Shown: positions 17,971 to 29,145, counted from the stretch's first letter. The stretch: DNA of 64,000 bases from Actinomycetota bacterium (GCA_009698575.1 WLPX01000001.1:64924-128923), one strand, 5' to 3'. Notes: a model not told the origin generated them from the sequence alone. Made by a program: numbers and translations.

Positions 17971-19254
17971 TTAGCGCTTAGCTAAATCGACGTAGCCACG
18001 TTCGGCTTCGCCAATGTAAACCTGGCGCGGTCGACCAATCTTGGTATCCGGGTCAGTAATCATTTCCTGCCATTGCGCAATCCAACCAGGTACTCGGCCA
18101 ATTGCAAACAGCACTGTGAACATGCGAGTTGGGAAACCAATAGCTCGGTAAATCAAGCCAGTGTAGAAATCAACATTTGGATATAGTTTGCGCTCAATAA
18201 AGAATTCATCATTTAGCGCAGCGTCTTCGAGTTCGCGGGCGATATCAAACAGTGGATCTTGAACACCAAGCATGGTCAGGATGTCGTGAGCGTGCTTTCG
18301 CACAATTGCCGCGCGTGGGTCATAGCTCTTGTAAACGCGGTGACCAAAGCCCATTAGCTTTACGCCGTCTTCGCGATTCTTTACTCGCTGAATAAACTGC
18401 TGAACTGTGTCACCGGAATTTTGAATTTCTTCGAGCATTTCCAATACTGCTTGGTTGGCCCCACCGTGTAGCGGACCAAATAGCGCATTAATACCAGCTG
18501 AAACTGATGCGAACAAGTTTGCATGTGATGAACCCACCATGCGAACTGTTGAGGTTGAGCAATTCTGTTCGTGATCAGCGTGCAAAATGAAAAGCATGTC
18601 TAGGGCTTTAACAATTGCTGGGTTAACTTCATACGGTTCAGCTGGAACACCAAAAGTCATGTTCATGAAATTTGAAACATAATCTAATGAATTATCTGGA
18701 TAGCGTGATGGCTGCCCGATTGTCTTTTTGTAGGCGTACGCTGCCAAAGTTGGGATTTTTGCCATTAAGCGAATTGTGGAAATTTCTACTTGGCGCTCGT
18801 CGAACGGATCAAGTGAGTCTTGGTAAAAAGTGGAAAGCGCGCTAACTGCGCTACTCAATACTGGCATTGGGTGGGCATCGCGCGGGAAACCATCAAAGAA
18901 TCGGCGCAAGTCTTCGTGCACCATAGTGTGCATGCTGATGTCTTCAGTGAACTTAGCAAGTTCGGTAGCACTCGGTAAGTGGCCGTAAATTAATAAATAA
19001 GAAGTCTCTAGGAAAGTGCTTTTCTCGGCTAACTGTTCGATTGGGTAACCGCGGTATCGCAAAATTCCATTGTCGCCATCGATGTAAGTAATTGCAGATT
19101 CACAAGATGCAGTATTCATAAAGCCGTGATCAAGCGTGATGTGTCCAGTGTCTTTCAATAATGAAGAAACGTCATAGCCAGAAGCACCAACCGTGGCAGG
19201 AACTTCACTTAGTAATAGTTCGCCGTTTGGATGGACTAGTTTGGCTTGGGACAT
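17971..19254 (-). CDS. gltA: Citrate synthase (type II, hexameric-type)
   Basis: 427 aa with GPLHGGAN and GFGHRVYK active-site motifs. Confidence 0.95.
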   Translation of the reverse strand: MSQAKLVHPNGELLLSEVPATVGASGYDVSSLLKDTGHITLDHGFMNTASCESAITYIDGDNGILRYRGYPIEQLAEKSTFLETSYLLIYGHLPSATELAKFTEDISMHTMVHEDLRRFFDGFPRDAHPMPVLSSAVSALSTFYQDSLDPFDERQVEISTIRLMAKIPTLAAYAYKKTIGQPSRYPDNSLDYVSNFMNMTFGVPAEPYEVNPAIVKALDMLFILHADHEQNCSTSTVRMVGSSHANLFASVSAGINALFGPLHGGANQAVLEMLEEIQNSGDTVQQFIQRVKNREDGVKLMGFGHRVYKSYDPRAAIVRKHAHDILTMLGVQDPLFDIARELEDAALNDEFFIERKLYPNVDFYTGLIYRAIGFPTRMFTVLFAIGRVPGWIAQWQEMITDPDTKIGRPRQVYIGEAERGYVDLAKR

Positions 19255-19304
19255 AAGACAAACTTACTATTTATTGCCTTACTAGGACTAATCAGGTCAA
19301 CGGC

Positions 19305-20399
19305 CTAAGCCATCAGGCGGGCTGCTGCGCTGGCTATCCGCTCATCTGTGGCAGTTAGGGCTAGTCGGACATACTTGGAGCCAGCCGGTCCATAAAAATC
19401 ACCTGGAGCCACCAGAATTCCGTTTTCCGCAAACCAATTAACGGTCGTTAAACAGTCCGAGCCATTAGTGGCCCATAGGTACAGACCAGCCTGTGAGTGT
19501 TCAATATTGAACCCAGCTGCAAGGAGTGCAGCGTGAAGAATCTCACGTCGCTTGGCATAACGATCCCGTTGCACCTGTACGTGGGCATCATCACCCAACG
19601 CAGCCACAGTCGCTAATTGCACCGGAGTTGAAACCAACATGCCAGCATGTTTGCGCAGCGAAACAATGTCAGCAATTAACTTGGCATCGCCCAATACTGC
19701 GCCGGAACGATACCCAGCCAAATTTGATCGCTTGGAGAGTGAGTGCACAGCCAACACTCCCGTTAAGTCACCATTGCAAACTCTGGGATCCAAAATTGAA
19801 ACTGGCTCAACATCCCAACCCAGTTCGATGTAGCACTCATCACTTACAACGGGAGCAGAAATTTCGCGTCCTCGAGCAACAAGGGCTTGGAGTTGCGCAA
19901 CGCTTAACACTTCGCCAGTTGGATTACTTGGCGAATTAACCCAAATCAAGTCCGCATTAGCAGGAATCTGGGATGCATCTGTATAAGTTACAAATTTTGC
20001 ATGTGCCATTAAAGCACCGACTGCGTAAGTCGGATAAGCCAGCTCTGGAATTGCTACCAAACTATCTTTAGTTAATCCAAAAACTATCGGTAGCCAAGCA
20101 ACGATTTCTTTGGAGCCAATCGAAGGCACAATTTGATCAACTGTTAAATCGGAATGCAATATTCGTTTCGCCCAAGAGACCCAAGCTTGACGTAATTCCA
20201 ATAGGCCAGCTGCTGTGGGGTAGCCAGGTGCATTAGCCGCATCGCGCAAAGCAGTTGTAATTACTTCTGGAGTGTCATCAACTGGGGTACCGATTGATAA
20301 ATCGACTATGCCGTCGGGATGCTTGCGGGCTAACTCCCCTGCCGCCGCAATTCGATCCCACGGAAAATCCGGTAAACCGTTTGCAAGTGGTGAGATCAG
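19305..20399 (-). CDS. dapC: Succinyldiaminopimelate (DapC-type) aminotransferase; start codon non-canonical or unresolved
   Basis: PLP aminotransferase class I (SLSKRSNLAGYR lysine motif). The conserved N-terminus LPDFPWD...HPDGIVDLSIGTPVD is encoded upstream of the ORF-track TTG (20249), in frame back to the fdxA stop. Confidence 0.8.
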   Translation of the reverse strand: MISPLANGLPDFPWDRIAAAGELARKHPDGIVDLSIGTPVDDTPEVITTALRDAANAPGYPTAAGLLELRQAWVSWAKRILHSDLTVDQIVPSIGSKEIVAWLPIVFGLTKDSLVAIPELAYPTYAVGALMAHAKFVTYTDASQIPANADLIWVNSPSNPTGEVLSVAQLQALVARGREISAPVVSDECYIELGWDVEPVSILDPRVCNGDLTGVLAVHSLSKRSNLAGYRSGAVLGDAKLIADIVSLRKHAGMLVSTPVQLATVAALGDDAHVQVQRDRYAKRREILHAALLAAGFNIEHSQAGLYLWATNGSDCLTTVNWFAENGILVAPGDFYGPAGSKYVRLALTATDERIASAAARLMA

Positions 20400-20720
20400 T
20401 TAACTCACCTGTGGTGGCAAAGACTTAACTGCATCAGGATCATTGCTAGTCTTGCCAGTTTTGGCAGCGCCACCTGGGGATCCGATAGTTTCAAAGAAAG
20501 CAGTGTTAAGTCCTTTGAATTCATCCCATTTTTCTGGAACGTCATCTTCGTAATAAATCGCTTCAGTTGGGCACACTGGCTCACAAGCTCCACAGTCAAC
20601 GCATTCATCGGCCTGGATGTACATCATGCGATCGCCTTCGTAGATGCAATCTACTGGGCATTCTTCGATACAAGCCTTGTCTTTAACATCCACACAAGGC
20701 AGTGCGATCACATAAGTCAT
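20400..20720 (-). CDS. fdxA: 7Fe ferredoxin ([3Fe-4S][4Fe-4S])
   Basis: MTYVIALPCVDVKDKACIEECPVDCIY...CVDCGACEPVCP. ATG 20720 is preceded by a GGAGG RBS. Confidence 0.9.
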   Translation of the reverse strand: MTYVIALPCVDVKDKACIEECPVDCIYEGDRMMYIQADECVDCGACEPVCPTEAIYYEDDVPEKWDEFKGLNTAFFETIGSPGGAAKTGKTSNDPDAVKSLPPQVS

Positions 20721-20742
20721 TTCGACCTCCATACCGATACGT

Positions 20743-20750
20743 AACTAGTA
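20743..20750 (-). promoter_or_regulatory. TACTAGTT box 22 nt upstream of the fdxA ATG (20720)
   Basis: Plus strand reads aactagta. Confidence 0.3.
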
Positions 20751-20799
20751 GTACAAACCTACCTGCCCAATGGGATTCTTGTCGCATCAGGCTCGGTGA

Positions 20800-21186
20800 T
20801 TAGATCTCGATTGACTCAAAATTCTGACGCTGTGGCTGGCGCATCGGTGGAATCATTGCGGTGGCAGAGAGCAAAATGGCGCCGGCAATTATGTAAGTGG
20901 TTGAGTACCAGGTGACGGTAAAAACTAAGTCCCCATTACTGGATTCAATTGCCATCCGCAGTGTTACCAGTACCCAGGTGACTGCAAAAACTGTACCCGC
21001 AAGCCTGGTGCGAAATTGTCGATTCAGCCACAACATCGTGAGCACACAAATACTTAAGGCCAGTGGCAAGCCATACGGGATTAATACCCCCGCCAAAATT
21101 ATGCGATCGGCGTGCGCAAATCCTGCGATTGAGCTCACAAAAACGCCCGTTATCGCGCTGAACGTAACGATCTTTAACTTTGACAT
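20800..21186 (-). CDS. Small integral membrane protein (4 predicted TM helices), unknown function
   Basis: 128-aa hydrophobic ORF abutting the mshB stop (21187). Confidence 0.55.
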   Translation of the reverse strand: MSKLKIVTFSAITGVFVSSIAGFAHADRIILAGVLIPYGLPLALSICVLTMLWLNRQFRTRLAGTVFAVTWVLVTLRMAIESSNGDLVFTVTWYSTTYIIAGAILLSATAMIPPMRQPQRQNFESIEI

Positions 21187-22086
21187 TTAAGCACTTAGTT
21201 CTGATTCAGTAAGGCCATTGAATAAATCGGTTTCGCGACCGTACTCATCAAATGGACCGGCGGCAGTTCCTGCAACAAGTCGGTAGTACTCAGTTCCCAT
21301 AACTTCTGCACCCAAATTATTTGAAAGTGCAAAGAAGCCCTCTTCGGTGCTGATTTGGGTCGCATGTGCCCTTAGGGCTCGAAGTTTTTGCTCCGCAAAT
21401 TCCCCGCCATCAATCGCTGAAGTTACAAATTCATCTGGACAAGCAAATGGAATGTCATCTGGATCTTGCGCGGCAAAGCCGGTGTCTTCGCCAGCAGCTT
21501 GCAGCATTTCGATGCCTGCGCGCATCACACTTACTGGAAACGCAGTCCAGTAAACCTTGGTAATCAACCATGGTGAACCTAATTCGGGCGCAAAACTCGG
21601 TGCCGCTGCCAGGGTTCGAGCATAAGTAGCAACGCGATGCGCCTGAATGTGGTCTGGATGGCCGTAGCCACCAAAGTCGTCATATGTGATTAATACTTGT
21701 GGTCGAACTTCGCGAATCACAGCGACCAAATCTCGCGCTGCGGCTAATAGATCGGTTTTCCAAAAACAATCTGGGCGTTCATTCGACGGGGTTCCAACCA
21801 TGCCACTGTCTCGATAAGTGCCTGGACCCCCAAGCAATCTCCAGTCCGTTACACCGAGTTCGGCCATAGCATTTTCAAGTTCAGTGATGCGATGTTTACC
21901 TAGGGCATCTGATTTATCCGAGGCCAGATGAGCTAAATCTGGCAGCAGAATTTCGCCTTCTTCGCCAAGCGTGCAGGTAACAAGTGTGACTTTAGCGCCC
22001 GCTGCGACGTACTTGGCCATAGTTGCGCCGCTACCGATTGTTTCGTCGTCTGGGTGCGCGTGAACTAGGAGTAAGCGTTGTGCCAT
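21187..22086 (-). CDS. mshB: GlcNAc-inositol deacetylase (mycothiol biosynthesis), LmbE family
   Basis: [24 protein letters not shown] and GGYGHPDH motifs closely follow mycobacterial MshB. The likely start is ATG 22086 ([15 protein letters not shown]). Confidence 0.85.
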   Translation of the reverse strand: MAQRLLLVHAHPDDETIGSGATMAKYVAAGAKVTLVTCTLGEEGEILLPDLAHLASDKSDALGKHRITELENAMAELGVTDWRLLGGPGTYRDSGMVGTPSNERPDCFWKTDLLAAARDLVAVIREVRPQVLITYDDFGGYGHPDHIQAHRVATYARTLAAAPSFAPELGSPWLITKVYWTAFPVSVMRAGIEMLQAAGEDTGFAAQDPDDIPFACPDEFVTSAIDGGEFAEQKLRALRAHATQISTEEGFFALSNNLGAEVMGTEYYRLVAGTAAGPFDEYGRETDLFNGLTESELSA

Positions 22087-22135
22087 GGGACAACTGTACG
22101 AGACAACTACCGCCAAGACATGACAGGATCAGGGG

Positions 22136-24214
22136 GTGACTGAATCCTTTCCGCGCCAAAGTGCTGCCACGCGAAATTTCCAACTTGGCGCGCCACGTAG
22201 TTTCCACATCAACGAAGCTGGAGATCAGGTTTTATTCCTGCGCAGTGAAACCGGTAGAGACGCCGTCAATTCCTTATGGCTGTATGACGTTGCAGCGCGA
22301 CTTGAGCGCAAAGTGGCAGACCCGCGGTTACTTTTGGCAGATGACGGGGACATTCCCGCTGCCGAGCGAGCTCGCCGGGAGCGGATGCGCGAAACTACCG
22401 CTGGCATAACTAGTTACAGCACAGATTTCACTGGGAACCTGGTTGGCTTTGCCCTTTCTGGCCAATTGTTTACTGGTGAGGTTAAGTCTGGCGAATTCAA
22501 AATCTGCGAAGTCACCGGACCAGTTATTGATCCTAAAGTTTCGCCAAGTGGTGAGTACATCGCTTGGTCAAATGGCAAAGATTTGTATCTGTGTAATTTT
22601 GATGGCACAAGAGAGCTAAATCTCACGGCAGAAACTTCTGAAGATACATCTTGGGGTTTGGCTGACTTTATCGCTGCCGAAGAGTTCGGCAGAATGCATG
22701 GCTTCTGGTGGTCGCCAGATAGCACTTCGTTAATTGTCGAACACTTCAATGACTCGCAAGTACAAAGTTGGTGGATTTCAGATCCAGCTACTCCAAGTAA
22801 GCAGCCGCAAGAAGTGCATTACCCAGCAACTGGTACTGCCAACGCAACTGTTGGATTAGTCAAGATCACAGTTTCTGGCGAGAAGAAACCAATTATCTGG
22901 GATAACGATGCATTTGAGTATTTGATATCGGTTGTTTGGCAAAAGGATTGCGATGCCTTAATCACGGTTGCAGATCGAAGTCAGCAAAACTTTGTAACTT
23001 TTGCCGTGAGGGAAACTCGATTAGAAAATGTTCATGAAGTTACCGATCATGAATTTGTCGAAGTTATCCCTGGTCAGCCTCGTTGGCACGATTCACAAAT
23101 TGTCTCAGTCGTAGATAATCGAACAACCGACACTCGGGAGTTACAGATCGCTGGAAAAGCAATCTCCCCTGTCGGTTTACAAATTATGTCTATCTTGGAC
23201 ATAGCCGAAAATTACGTCGATGTTGTAGCCACCTCTGATGCAATTAATCGCGATGTGCTGCGGATTTCATTTGATGGCTCGATTACCGAGTTAGCGCAAG
23301 GTGGTGTTGCTACAGCCACTGCAACAACCGCTGGATTACAAGTACTAATTGAATCCCGCCTAGATACCAATACTCGCAGCTATCAATTGCTTCGCGGTGT
23401 TAAAACTGAGCACTACTTTGATTCCCTTGCCGAATCTCCAAGTTTTACTACGGAAGTTCAGGTAATTAAAACTGGACCACATGAAGTAAATACCGCAGTT
23501 CTATTTCCGCGCGACCATGTCCGCGGCAGCAAAAAACTTCCCGTAATGATGCGACCTTATGGCGGTCCTCACGGCCCGCAAGTGCTCAATGGCGCTTTGA
23601 CATATGCTGCGGATCAATGGTTTGCCGACCAAGGTTTTGTCGTAATCATTGCGGATAACCGTGGCACTGGCGGTCGTGGGCCAGCTTGGGATCATTCGAT
23701 TTATCAAAACTTTGTTGCCGCAGTTATCGAAGATCAAGTCGCGGCTGTGACTGCTGTGGCAGCACACTTTCCCGACGACGTTGATATAACTCGCGTTGGA
23801 GTAACTGGCTGGTCATTCGGTGGCTACTTATCTGCGCTGGCAGTACTTGAGCGTCCTGATGTATTTCATGCAGCAGTTGCTGGCGCTCCGGTGACTGAGT
23901 GGCTTTGGTACGACACGGCTTACACCGAGCGATATTTAGGGCATCCGGAAAAGTTCCCTGAGATTTACACTGACCACTCGCTAATTTCTAAAGCGAATCA
24001 ACTGGAGCGACCATTAATGCTGGTACATGGGCTAGCAGACGACAATGTCGTTGCAGCGCACTCGCTTGCATTTAGTGGCGCTTTACTTGCGAACAAAAAG
24101 CCACACACCGTACTGCCGCTATCTGGAGTCACGCATATGACGCCACAAGAAATTATTTCGGAAAACTTGATGCTGCTAACTGTTGAATTTTTTCAAACTA
24201 ATTTAAAAGGCTGA
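22136..24214 (+). CDS. S9-family dipeptidyl aminopeptidase/acylaminoacyl peptidase (DPP IV-like beta-propeller plus alpha/beta hydrolase)
   Basis: 692 aa. C-terminal catalytic domain with GWSFGGY nucleophile elbow, later D and H (GVTHM). No signal peptide. Confidence 0.85.
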   Translation: MTESFPRQSAATRNFQLGAPRSFHINEAGDQVLFLRSETGRDAVNSLWLYDVAARLERKVADPRLLLADDGDIPAAERARRERMRETTAGITSYSTDFTGNLVGFALSGQLFTGEVKSGEFKICEVTGPVIDPKVSPSGEYIAWSNGKDLYLCNFDGTRELNLTAETSEDTSWGLADFIAAEEFGRMHGFWWSPDSTSLIVEHFNDSQVQSWWISDPATPSKQPQEVHYPATGTANATVGLVKITVSGEKKPIIWDNDAFEYLISVVWQKDCDALITVADRSQQNFVTFAVRETRLENVHEVTDHEFVEVIPGQPRWHDSQIVSVVDNRTTDTRELQIAGKAISPVGLQIMSILDIAENYVDVVATSDAINRDVLRISFDGSITELAQGGVATATATTAGLQVLIESRLDTNTRSYQLLRGVKTEHYFDSLAESPSFTTEVQVIKTGPHEVNTAVLFPRDHVRGSKKLPVMMRPYGGPHGPQVLNGALTYAADQWFADQGFVVIIADNRGTGGRGPAWDHSIYQNFVAAVIEDQVAAVTAVAAHFPDDVDITRVGVTGWSFGGYLSALAVLERPDVFHAAVAGAPVTEWLWYDTAYTERYLGHPEKFPEIYTDHSLISKANQLERPLMLVHGLADDNVVAAHSLAFSGALLANKKPHTVLPLSGVTHMTPQEIISENLMLLTVEFFQTNLKG

Positions 24215-24234
24215 TTCAGATTTTCTAAAACCTG

Positions 24235-25254
24235 CTAGCCAATAAAGTCTGAACCAGTGGCCGATGCAGTGTTCGAATCCATTGGGAAATGACAAGCCAC
24301 TTTGTGACCACTTGCTAGTTCCCGCAACTCTGGAACTTCGGTTTCGCAACGAGATTGAGCCTTGAAGCAACGGGTGCGAAAAACACAACCACTCGGTGGA
24401 TTGCTTGGGCTAGGCAAGTCACCTGTGAGAATTATTCGCTCACGGGAACGTTCCAAGTCTGGATCAGCAATCGGGACCGCAGATAGCAAGGCATGTGTAT
24501 AAGGATGCAGTGGCGCTTGGTAAAGGTCGGCTTGCGTTGCAGATTCCATAATCTTGCCCAGGTACATAACTGCGACTCGGTCCGAAATATGGCGCACTAC
24601 CGATAAATCATGTGCCACAAATAAGTATGCTAAACCGAACTCTTGCTGAATATCATCTAGCAGATTCAAAACCTGCGCCTGAATTGATACGTCCAATGCA
24701 GAAACGGGTTCATCGCAAACAATTAATTTTGGCTTTAGCGCAATTGCTCGGGCAATACCAATACGTTGGCGTTGCCCGCCAGAAAATTCATTAGGATACC
24801 TGTTGTAATGCTCTGGATTTAAGCCAACTCGATCCATTAGTCCTTGCACTGCTTTAGCAATGCCACCTTCTGGCTTTACGCCTTGGACTTTGAATGGTGC
24901 GCCAATGATGTCACCAACAGTCTGTCGAGGATTAAGTGAGGAGAATGGATCTTGAAAAATCATCTGCATTTCGCGACGCAGGGGAACAAGATCCTTCTTC
25001 TTTAATTTGGTTAAGTCCTGACCATCAAATTCAACAGCGCCTGCAGTTGGTTCAATCAGGCGCAACATAGCCCGGCCAGCGGTTGACTTGCCACAGCCGC
25101 TTTCTCCAACAAGTCCTAAAGTTTCGCCCGGATTAACCTCAAGTGAGATGCCGTCTACTGCGCGCACATTTCCAACGACGCGGTTAAATAATCCGCCACC
25201 ATGAATTGGGAAGTACTTTTGTAAGTTAGTTACCTTCAAAATCGGAGTAGCCAT
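24235..25254 (-). CDS. Peptide ABC transporter ATP-binding protein (OppF/DppF-like)
   Basis: Walker [10 protein letters not shown], signature FSGGQRQR, Walker B LIVCDEP, C-terminal oligopeptide-type extension. Confidence 0.9.
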   Translation of the reverse strand: MATPILKVTNLQKYFPIHGGGLFNRVVGNVRAVDGISLEVNPGETLGLVGESGCGKSTAGRAMLRLIEPTAGAVEFDGQDLTKLKKKDLVPLRREMQMIFQDPFSSLNPRQTVGDIIGAPFKVQGVKPEGGIAKAVQGLMDRVGLNPEHYNRYPNEFSGGQRQRIGIARAIALKPKLIVCDEPVSALDVSIQAQVLNLLDDIQQEFGLAYLFVAHDLSVVRHISDRVAVMYLGKIMESATQADLYQAPLHPYTHALLSAVPIADPDLERSRERIILTGDLPSPSNPPSGCVFRTRCFKAQSRCETEVPELRELASGHKVACHFPMDSNTASATGSDFIG

Positions 25255-26285
25255 TAGTTCACCTTTCCGATCTTGCGTTCAGCCCGAATTGTGTTGCGTT
25301 GAGTTTCTGATAAATGACAGCGAGCTTCGTGGTCCGGAGACACTGCCAAGAGCTCTGGGAATGTGTTCGCGCAGGCATGATCTGCGACCTGGTCTTTGAA
25401 AGTGCAGCGCGGCGCAAACACACAACCCTTTGGCAAATTCAAAAGCGAAGGTGGGGACCCTGGAATTGGATCTAACTGTTCCTTCTTCGCCGAAATCTGC
25501 GGAATGGATGCCAGCAGACCCCAGGTGTAAGGCATTTGTGGGGAATAGAAAATTTCTCGCACCGGTGCATGCTCAACTGCGCTGCCGCCATACATAACCA
25601 ACACTTCATCAGCTAAGTCTGCGACTACCCCTAAATCGTGCGTGATCAAAACAATAGCGGTGCCGAATTCTTTTTGTAGTTCTCGGAGTAGATCCAGAAT
25701 TTGTGCCTGCACCGTGACATCAAGCGCAGTAGTTGGTTCATCTGCAATCAAAAGTTCTGGTCCGTTAATCAAGGCCATTGCAATCATTACGCGTTGGCGC
25801 ATACCGCCAGAAAGTTGATGTGGATAATCATCGATTCGCTGGTCAACATCAGGGATACCCACTTTTGCCAGCATTTCAGCTGCTCGTTCCAGAGCTTGCG
25901 TTTCAGATACGTCGTTATGAACTCGAACTGCTTCAGCTAGTTGGTCGCCGATTGTGTAATACGGATGCAGCGCACTTAATGGGTCTTGAAAAATCATTGC
26001 CATTTCATCGCCACGAAGCTTGCGAACTGCTTCGGGATCAGCAGCTATTAATTCATTTCCGTTGAAGTACACCTCACCAGATATTTTGGAATTGGCGCCG
26101 GTTAACAGCCCCATCACTGCCAGGCTCGAAACACTCTTACCCGAACCTGATTCACCTACAATTGCCAGAGTCTTGCCGCGTTCAACCGTGTAGGAAACAT
26201 CATTTACGGCATGGACGACACCATCATCAGTAGTAAATTCAACATTTAAATTCTTAACTTCTAAAATCACATTGGGATTTGTCAT
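25254..26285 (-). CDS. Peptide ABC transporter ATP-binding protein (OppD/DppD-like)
   Basis: [28 protein letters not shown]. Overlaps its neighbours by 1 and 4 nt. Confidence 0.9.
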   Translation of the reverse strand: MTNPNVILEVKNLNVEFTTDDGVVHAVNDVSYTVERGKTLAIVGESGSGKSVSSLAVMGLLTGANSKISGEVYFNGNELIAADPEAVRKLRGDEMAMIFQDPLSALHPYYTIGDQLAEAVRVHNDVSETQALERAAEMLAKVGIPDVDQRIDDYPHQLSGGMRQRVMIAMALINGPELLIADEPTTALDVTVQAQILDLLRELQKEFGTAIVLITHDLGVVADLADEVLVMYGGSAVEHAPVREIFYSPQMPYTWGLLASIPQISAKKEQLDPIPGSPPSLLNLPKGCVFAPRCTFKDQVADHACANTFPELLAVSPDHEARCHLSETQRNTIRAERKIGKVN

Positions 26286-27271
26286 GTCAGTCGCACCCGC
26301 GGATCTATCGCGGCATAAAGAATGTCCACAATTAGGTTTGCCACGATTACAAACACTGCGGCGATTAACACAGTTGCCGTAATTGTAGGCAGGTCATAGT
26401 CAGTTACTGCTCCAATAGCTAATCGCCCAAGGCCAGGCAAACTAAAGATGTATTCAGTAATTACTGCGCCGCCAAGTAAGCCAGCTAGATCTAGGCCGGC
26501 CGAAGTAACAATCGGAGTTAAGCCTGCGCGCAGTGCATGTTTGCGGAAAACTACGCGCTCGGACAAGCCTTTTGCGCGCGCAGTTCGAATGTAATCTTCG
26601 CCCATGGTTTCTAGCATTTGGGAACGAGTTAGTCGGGCATAGTAAGCGGCATAAAGGATCGCCAAAGTTAACCATGGCAGCAACATTGTCTGGAAGAACG
26701 CAACCGGATCTTCAAAGGGCGATGCGTAATCGGGGTAAGGCAATAGGTTCCAGCGCACGATTACGAAAACTAAAAATAACAATCCGAGAAAGAAAACTGG
26801 GAGTGAGTATCCAACTAAGGAGACACCCATAATTGCCCGATCTTGCCACTTGCCATGGTGTTTGGCAGCAATGATGCCAGAAGAAATACCGATCAACATC
26901 CAAAGCAAGAATGCGCCTACAGCTAAGTACATAGTCACGGGAACGGCATCCAAAATTAATACGGTAACTTCTTCGCCATTTCGGAATGAATATCCAAGGC
27001 ATGGCGTGGCGCAATCAAAAGTTGCTGATCCTGAACCATAAGTACGGCCGACAAATATTCCTCTGATCCAATCGATGTATTGGGTATAGAGAGGTTGATC
27101 TAGACCCAATCGGATGCGATTGGCAGCAACAATCTCTGGGGTACAAGTTTTGCCACAAGTTAATCGCGCCGGATCTGTTGGTACTGCATTAAAGAGTAAA
27201 AAAGTGACAATGCTCAGAATTGTCAGCATGAAAATCATGATGAAAATTCGTCTCACTATGTATGGAAACAT
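26282..27271 (-). CDS. Peptide ABC transporter permease (OppB/DppB-like)
   Basis: 329 aa, 6 TM, with EAA-like loop (EDYIRTARAKGLSE). Confidence 0.9.
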   Translation of the reverse strand: MFPYIVRRIFIMIFMLTILSIVTFLLFNAVPTDPARLTCGKTCTPEIVAANRIRLGLDQPLYTQYIDWIRGIFVGRTYGSGSATFDCATPCLGYSFRNGEEVTVLILDAVPVTMYLAVGAFLLWMLIGISSGIIAAKHHGKWQDRAIMGVSLVGYSLPVFFLGLLFLVFVIVRWNLLPYPDYASPFEDPVAFFQTMLLPWLTLAILYAAYYARLTRSQMLETMGEDYIRTARAKGLSERVVFRKHALRAGLTPIVTSAGLDLAGLLGGAVITEYIFSLPGLGRLAIGAVTDYDLPTITATVLIAAVFVIVANLIVDILYAAIDPRVRLT

Positions 27272-27315
27272 CTGTCACCTTTCGAACTTGAATTGGGCAT
27301 GAATTCGCGGTAACA

Positions 27316-27346
27316 CCTGTGAGTGGACAAAGCGCCCACTCACAGG
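27316..27346 (-). other. Intra-operon stem-loop downstream of the binding-protein gene
   Basis: 11-bp perfect stem cctgtgagtgg / ccactcacagg with a 9-nt loop, located between the SBP stop (27363) and the permease start (27271). Confidence 0.6.
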
Positions 27347-27362
27347 CATAACCGCTAGTTAA

Positions 27363-29054
27363 TTAATTAACTGATAGAGATGCGTATGGCCAAGAGCCGT
27401 ACGGTCCCCAAATGTAGGCACCGCCAACCTTTGAACCAACGATGCGCTGTTCCTTACCAAAGCGGGTAGGTAAAGCAAGAGCCAATTCCATCGACTTCTT
27501 GCTTAGTGCCTGCCAAGCCTTAGCTTGTTCTGCGCGATCGGTAATCACCTTGGCAGCATTTGACTCAGCCAAGAAGGCTTCGTCATCCCACTGCGAAAGG
27601 TTGAATCCACCGTTTGCAGCAAACAGTTCTGGAAGAACTGTAGATGCGTTTGACCAGTCTGGAGCCCAGCCGGAAGCAGACATAGAGCCCTGCTTCTCTG
27701 GATCTAGAACTACGCCGTAGTAGGACCCTGGCTCAATTGCATTAAGCGTGGCAACAATGCCAGCCTTTGCAAGCGAGGCAACAAGTGAAGCTGCAGCCTT
27801 ATCAGCTGTTTCACTCTGGCCGTAGTCAATTACGAATGGCTGTGGGAATGGTTCTCCCGAATCCGCAATTAACTTCTTGGCTAGTTCTGGATTACCTTCG
27901 GCAGGTACTACATCACCGAGTAAGCCATCCCATAGACCAGTTGGTGCATAATCTGCACCAATGTTTGGCTTTACGACACCATCTGCATAATCACCGGCGT
28001 ATTCGCCACCAGCAATTGTGCGCAATTCGTCACGGTTTACAGCGGCAAGGATTGCTTGACGATGCTTAACGTTTGGAACCTTCTTGGTGTTGATTGCGTA
28101 GTAACGAACGTAAGGATCTAGTTCATTGAAACGACGCTTTTCATACTTAGCATCAGAGAACACAACTGCAAGCTTTGCAGGATCGACGCTGTCTGGCGAA
28201 ATCGCCATCTGATCGTCGCCAGCATCAGCCATTAGGCGTTCGGTGATAACTGCAGCAGGAACTGCGAAGATATATTCGATGCGATCTGGGAAAGCGCCAC
28301 GGAAAGTATCCGTTGCAGGATCCCAGTTTTCGTTACGAACCAAAACTAGCTTGTCCTTCTTTACGTAGGATTCAATCTGGTATGGACCGTTTGAAAGTAC
28401 GCTGTCATCGTAAGCTTCGCCAGTGTCTGCATCTTCACGAACAGCAGCAAATGCGCTCAAAGTAACTGCGTAGTTGAAGTCAGATGCTGGATTTGCAAGA
28501 TGGAAAGTAATCTTGTTTCCTTCACAAACTACGGCTGCATCATAAGATGCCTGACCTGCTGCATCATCTACATAAGGTCCCTTGTAGTCAGTTACATCTA
28601 ACATTGACATTGCATAAGCAGGGCCATCAGTAATGATGTCAGTTGCGAAAGTACGAGAGATTCCGTACTTAAAATCTTCACAAGTTACATCTTTACCGTC
28701 TTGCCACTTCATGCCGTCCTTAAGAGTGAACTCCCAAGTCTTGCCACCGTCTGCTGTAGTACCAGTATCAGTAGCGGCGTCAGCAACAAGTTGACTTGCT
28801 TCAGTGTTGTCTTTACTTAGTGTGTACTGGGTAAGAGTACGGTTTAGGAAAGCGCTAGCAAAAGCTAGATCTTCACCTGTGTAATTGCGCTGTGGATCTA
28901 AATGCAGAATCTGTTCAGTTTCTGTAATGATGGTGAGAGTTCCACCCTTTGATCCTTCGCCAGACGCTGAGCTACTTCCGCCACCGCAAGCGGTTAGCAA
29001 AAGAGCTAGCGACGCTGCACCAACTCCGAAGCGGATGCCTGTCGACTTCATCAT
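27363..29054 (-). CDS. ABC transporter substrate-binding lipoprotein, family 5 (peptide/nickel)
   Basis: Lipobox LLLTAC after a signal peptide, family-5 SBP length. The likely start is ATG 29054 (MMKSTG) with a GGAGG RBS; the ORF track starts at 29084. Confidence 0.85.
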   Translation of the reverse strand: MMKSTGIRFGVGAASLALLLTACGGGSSSASGEGSKGGTLTIITETEQILHLDPQRNYTGEDLAFASAFLNRTLTQYTLSKDNTEASQLVADAATDTGTTADGGKTWEFTLKDGMKWQDGKDVTCEDFKYGISRTFATDIITDGPAYAMSMLDVTDYKGPYVDDAAGQASYDAAVVCEGNKITFHLANPASDFNYAVTLSAFAAVREDADTGEAYDDSVLSNGPYQIESYVKKDKLVLVRNENWDPATDTFRGAFPDRIEYIFAVPAAVITERLMADAGDDQMAISPDSVDPAKLAVVFSDAKYEKRRFNELDPYVRYYAINTKKVPNVKHRQAILAAVNRDELRTIAGGEYAGDYADGVVKPNIGADYAPTGLWDGLLGDVVPAEGNPELAKKLIADSGEPFPQPFVIDYGQSETADKAAASLVASLAKAGIVATLNAIEPGSYYGVVLDPEKQGSMSASGWAPDWSNASTVLPELFAANGGFNLSQWDDEAFLAESNAAKVITDRAEQAKAWQALSKKSMELALALPTRFGKEQRIVGSKVGGAYIWGPYGSWPYASLSVN

Positions 29055-29145
29055 ATTTCCTCCATTGGGATATGGGTTCGCCATATCTTAAGGTCGTGAT
29101 TCTGGTGAATCACTAGTTGTTCACTCCCCCGGATGAGTTCGTGAC

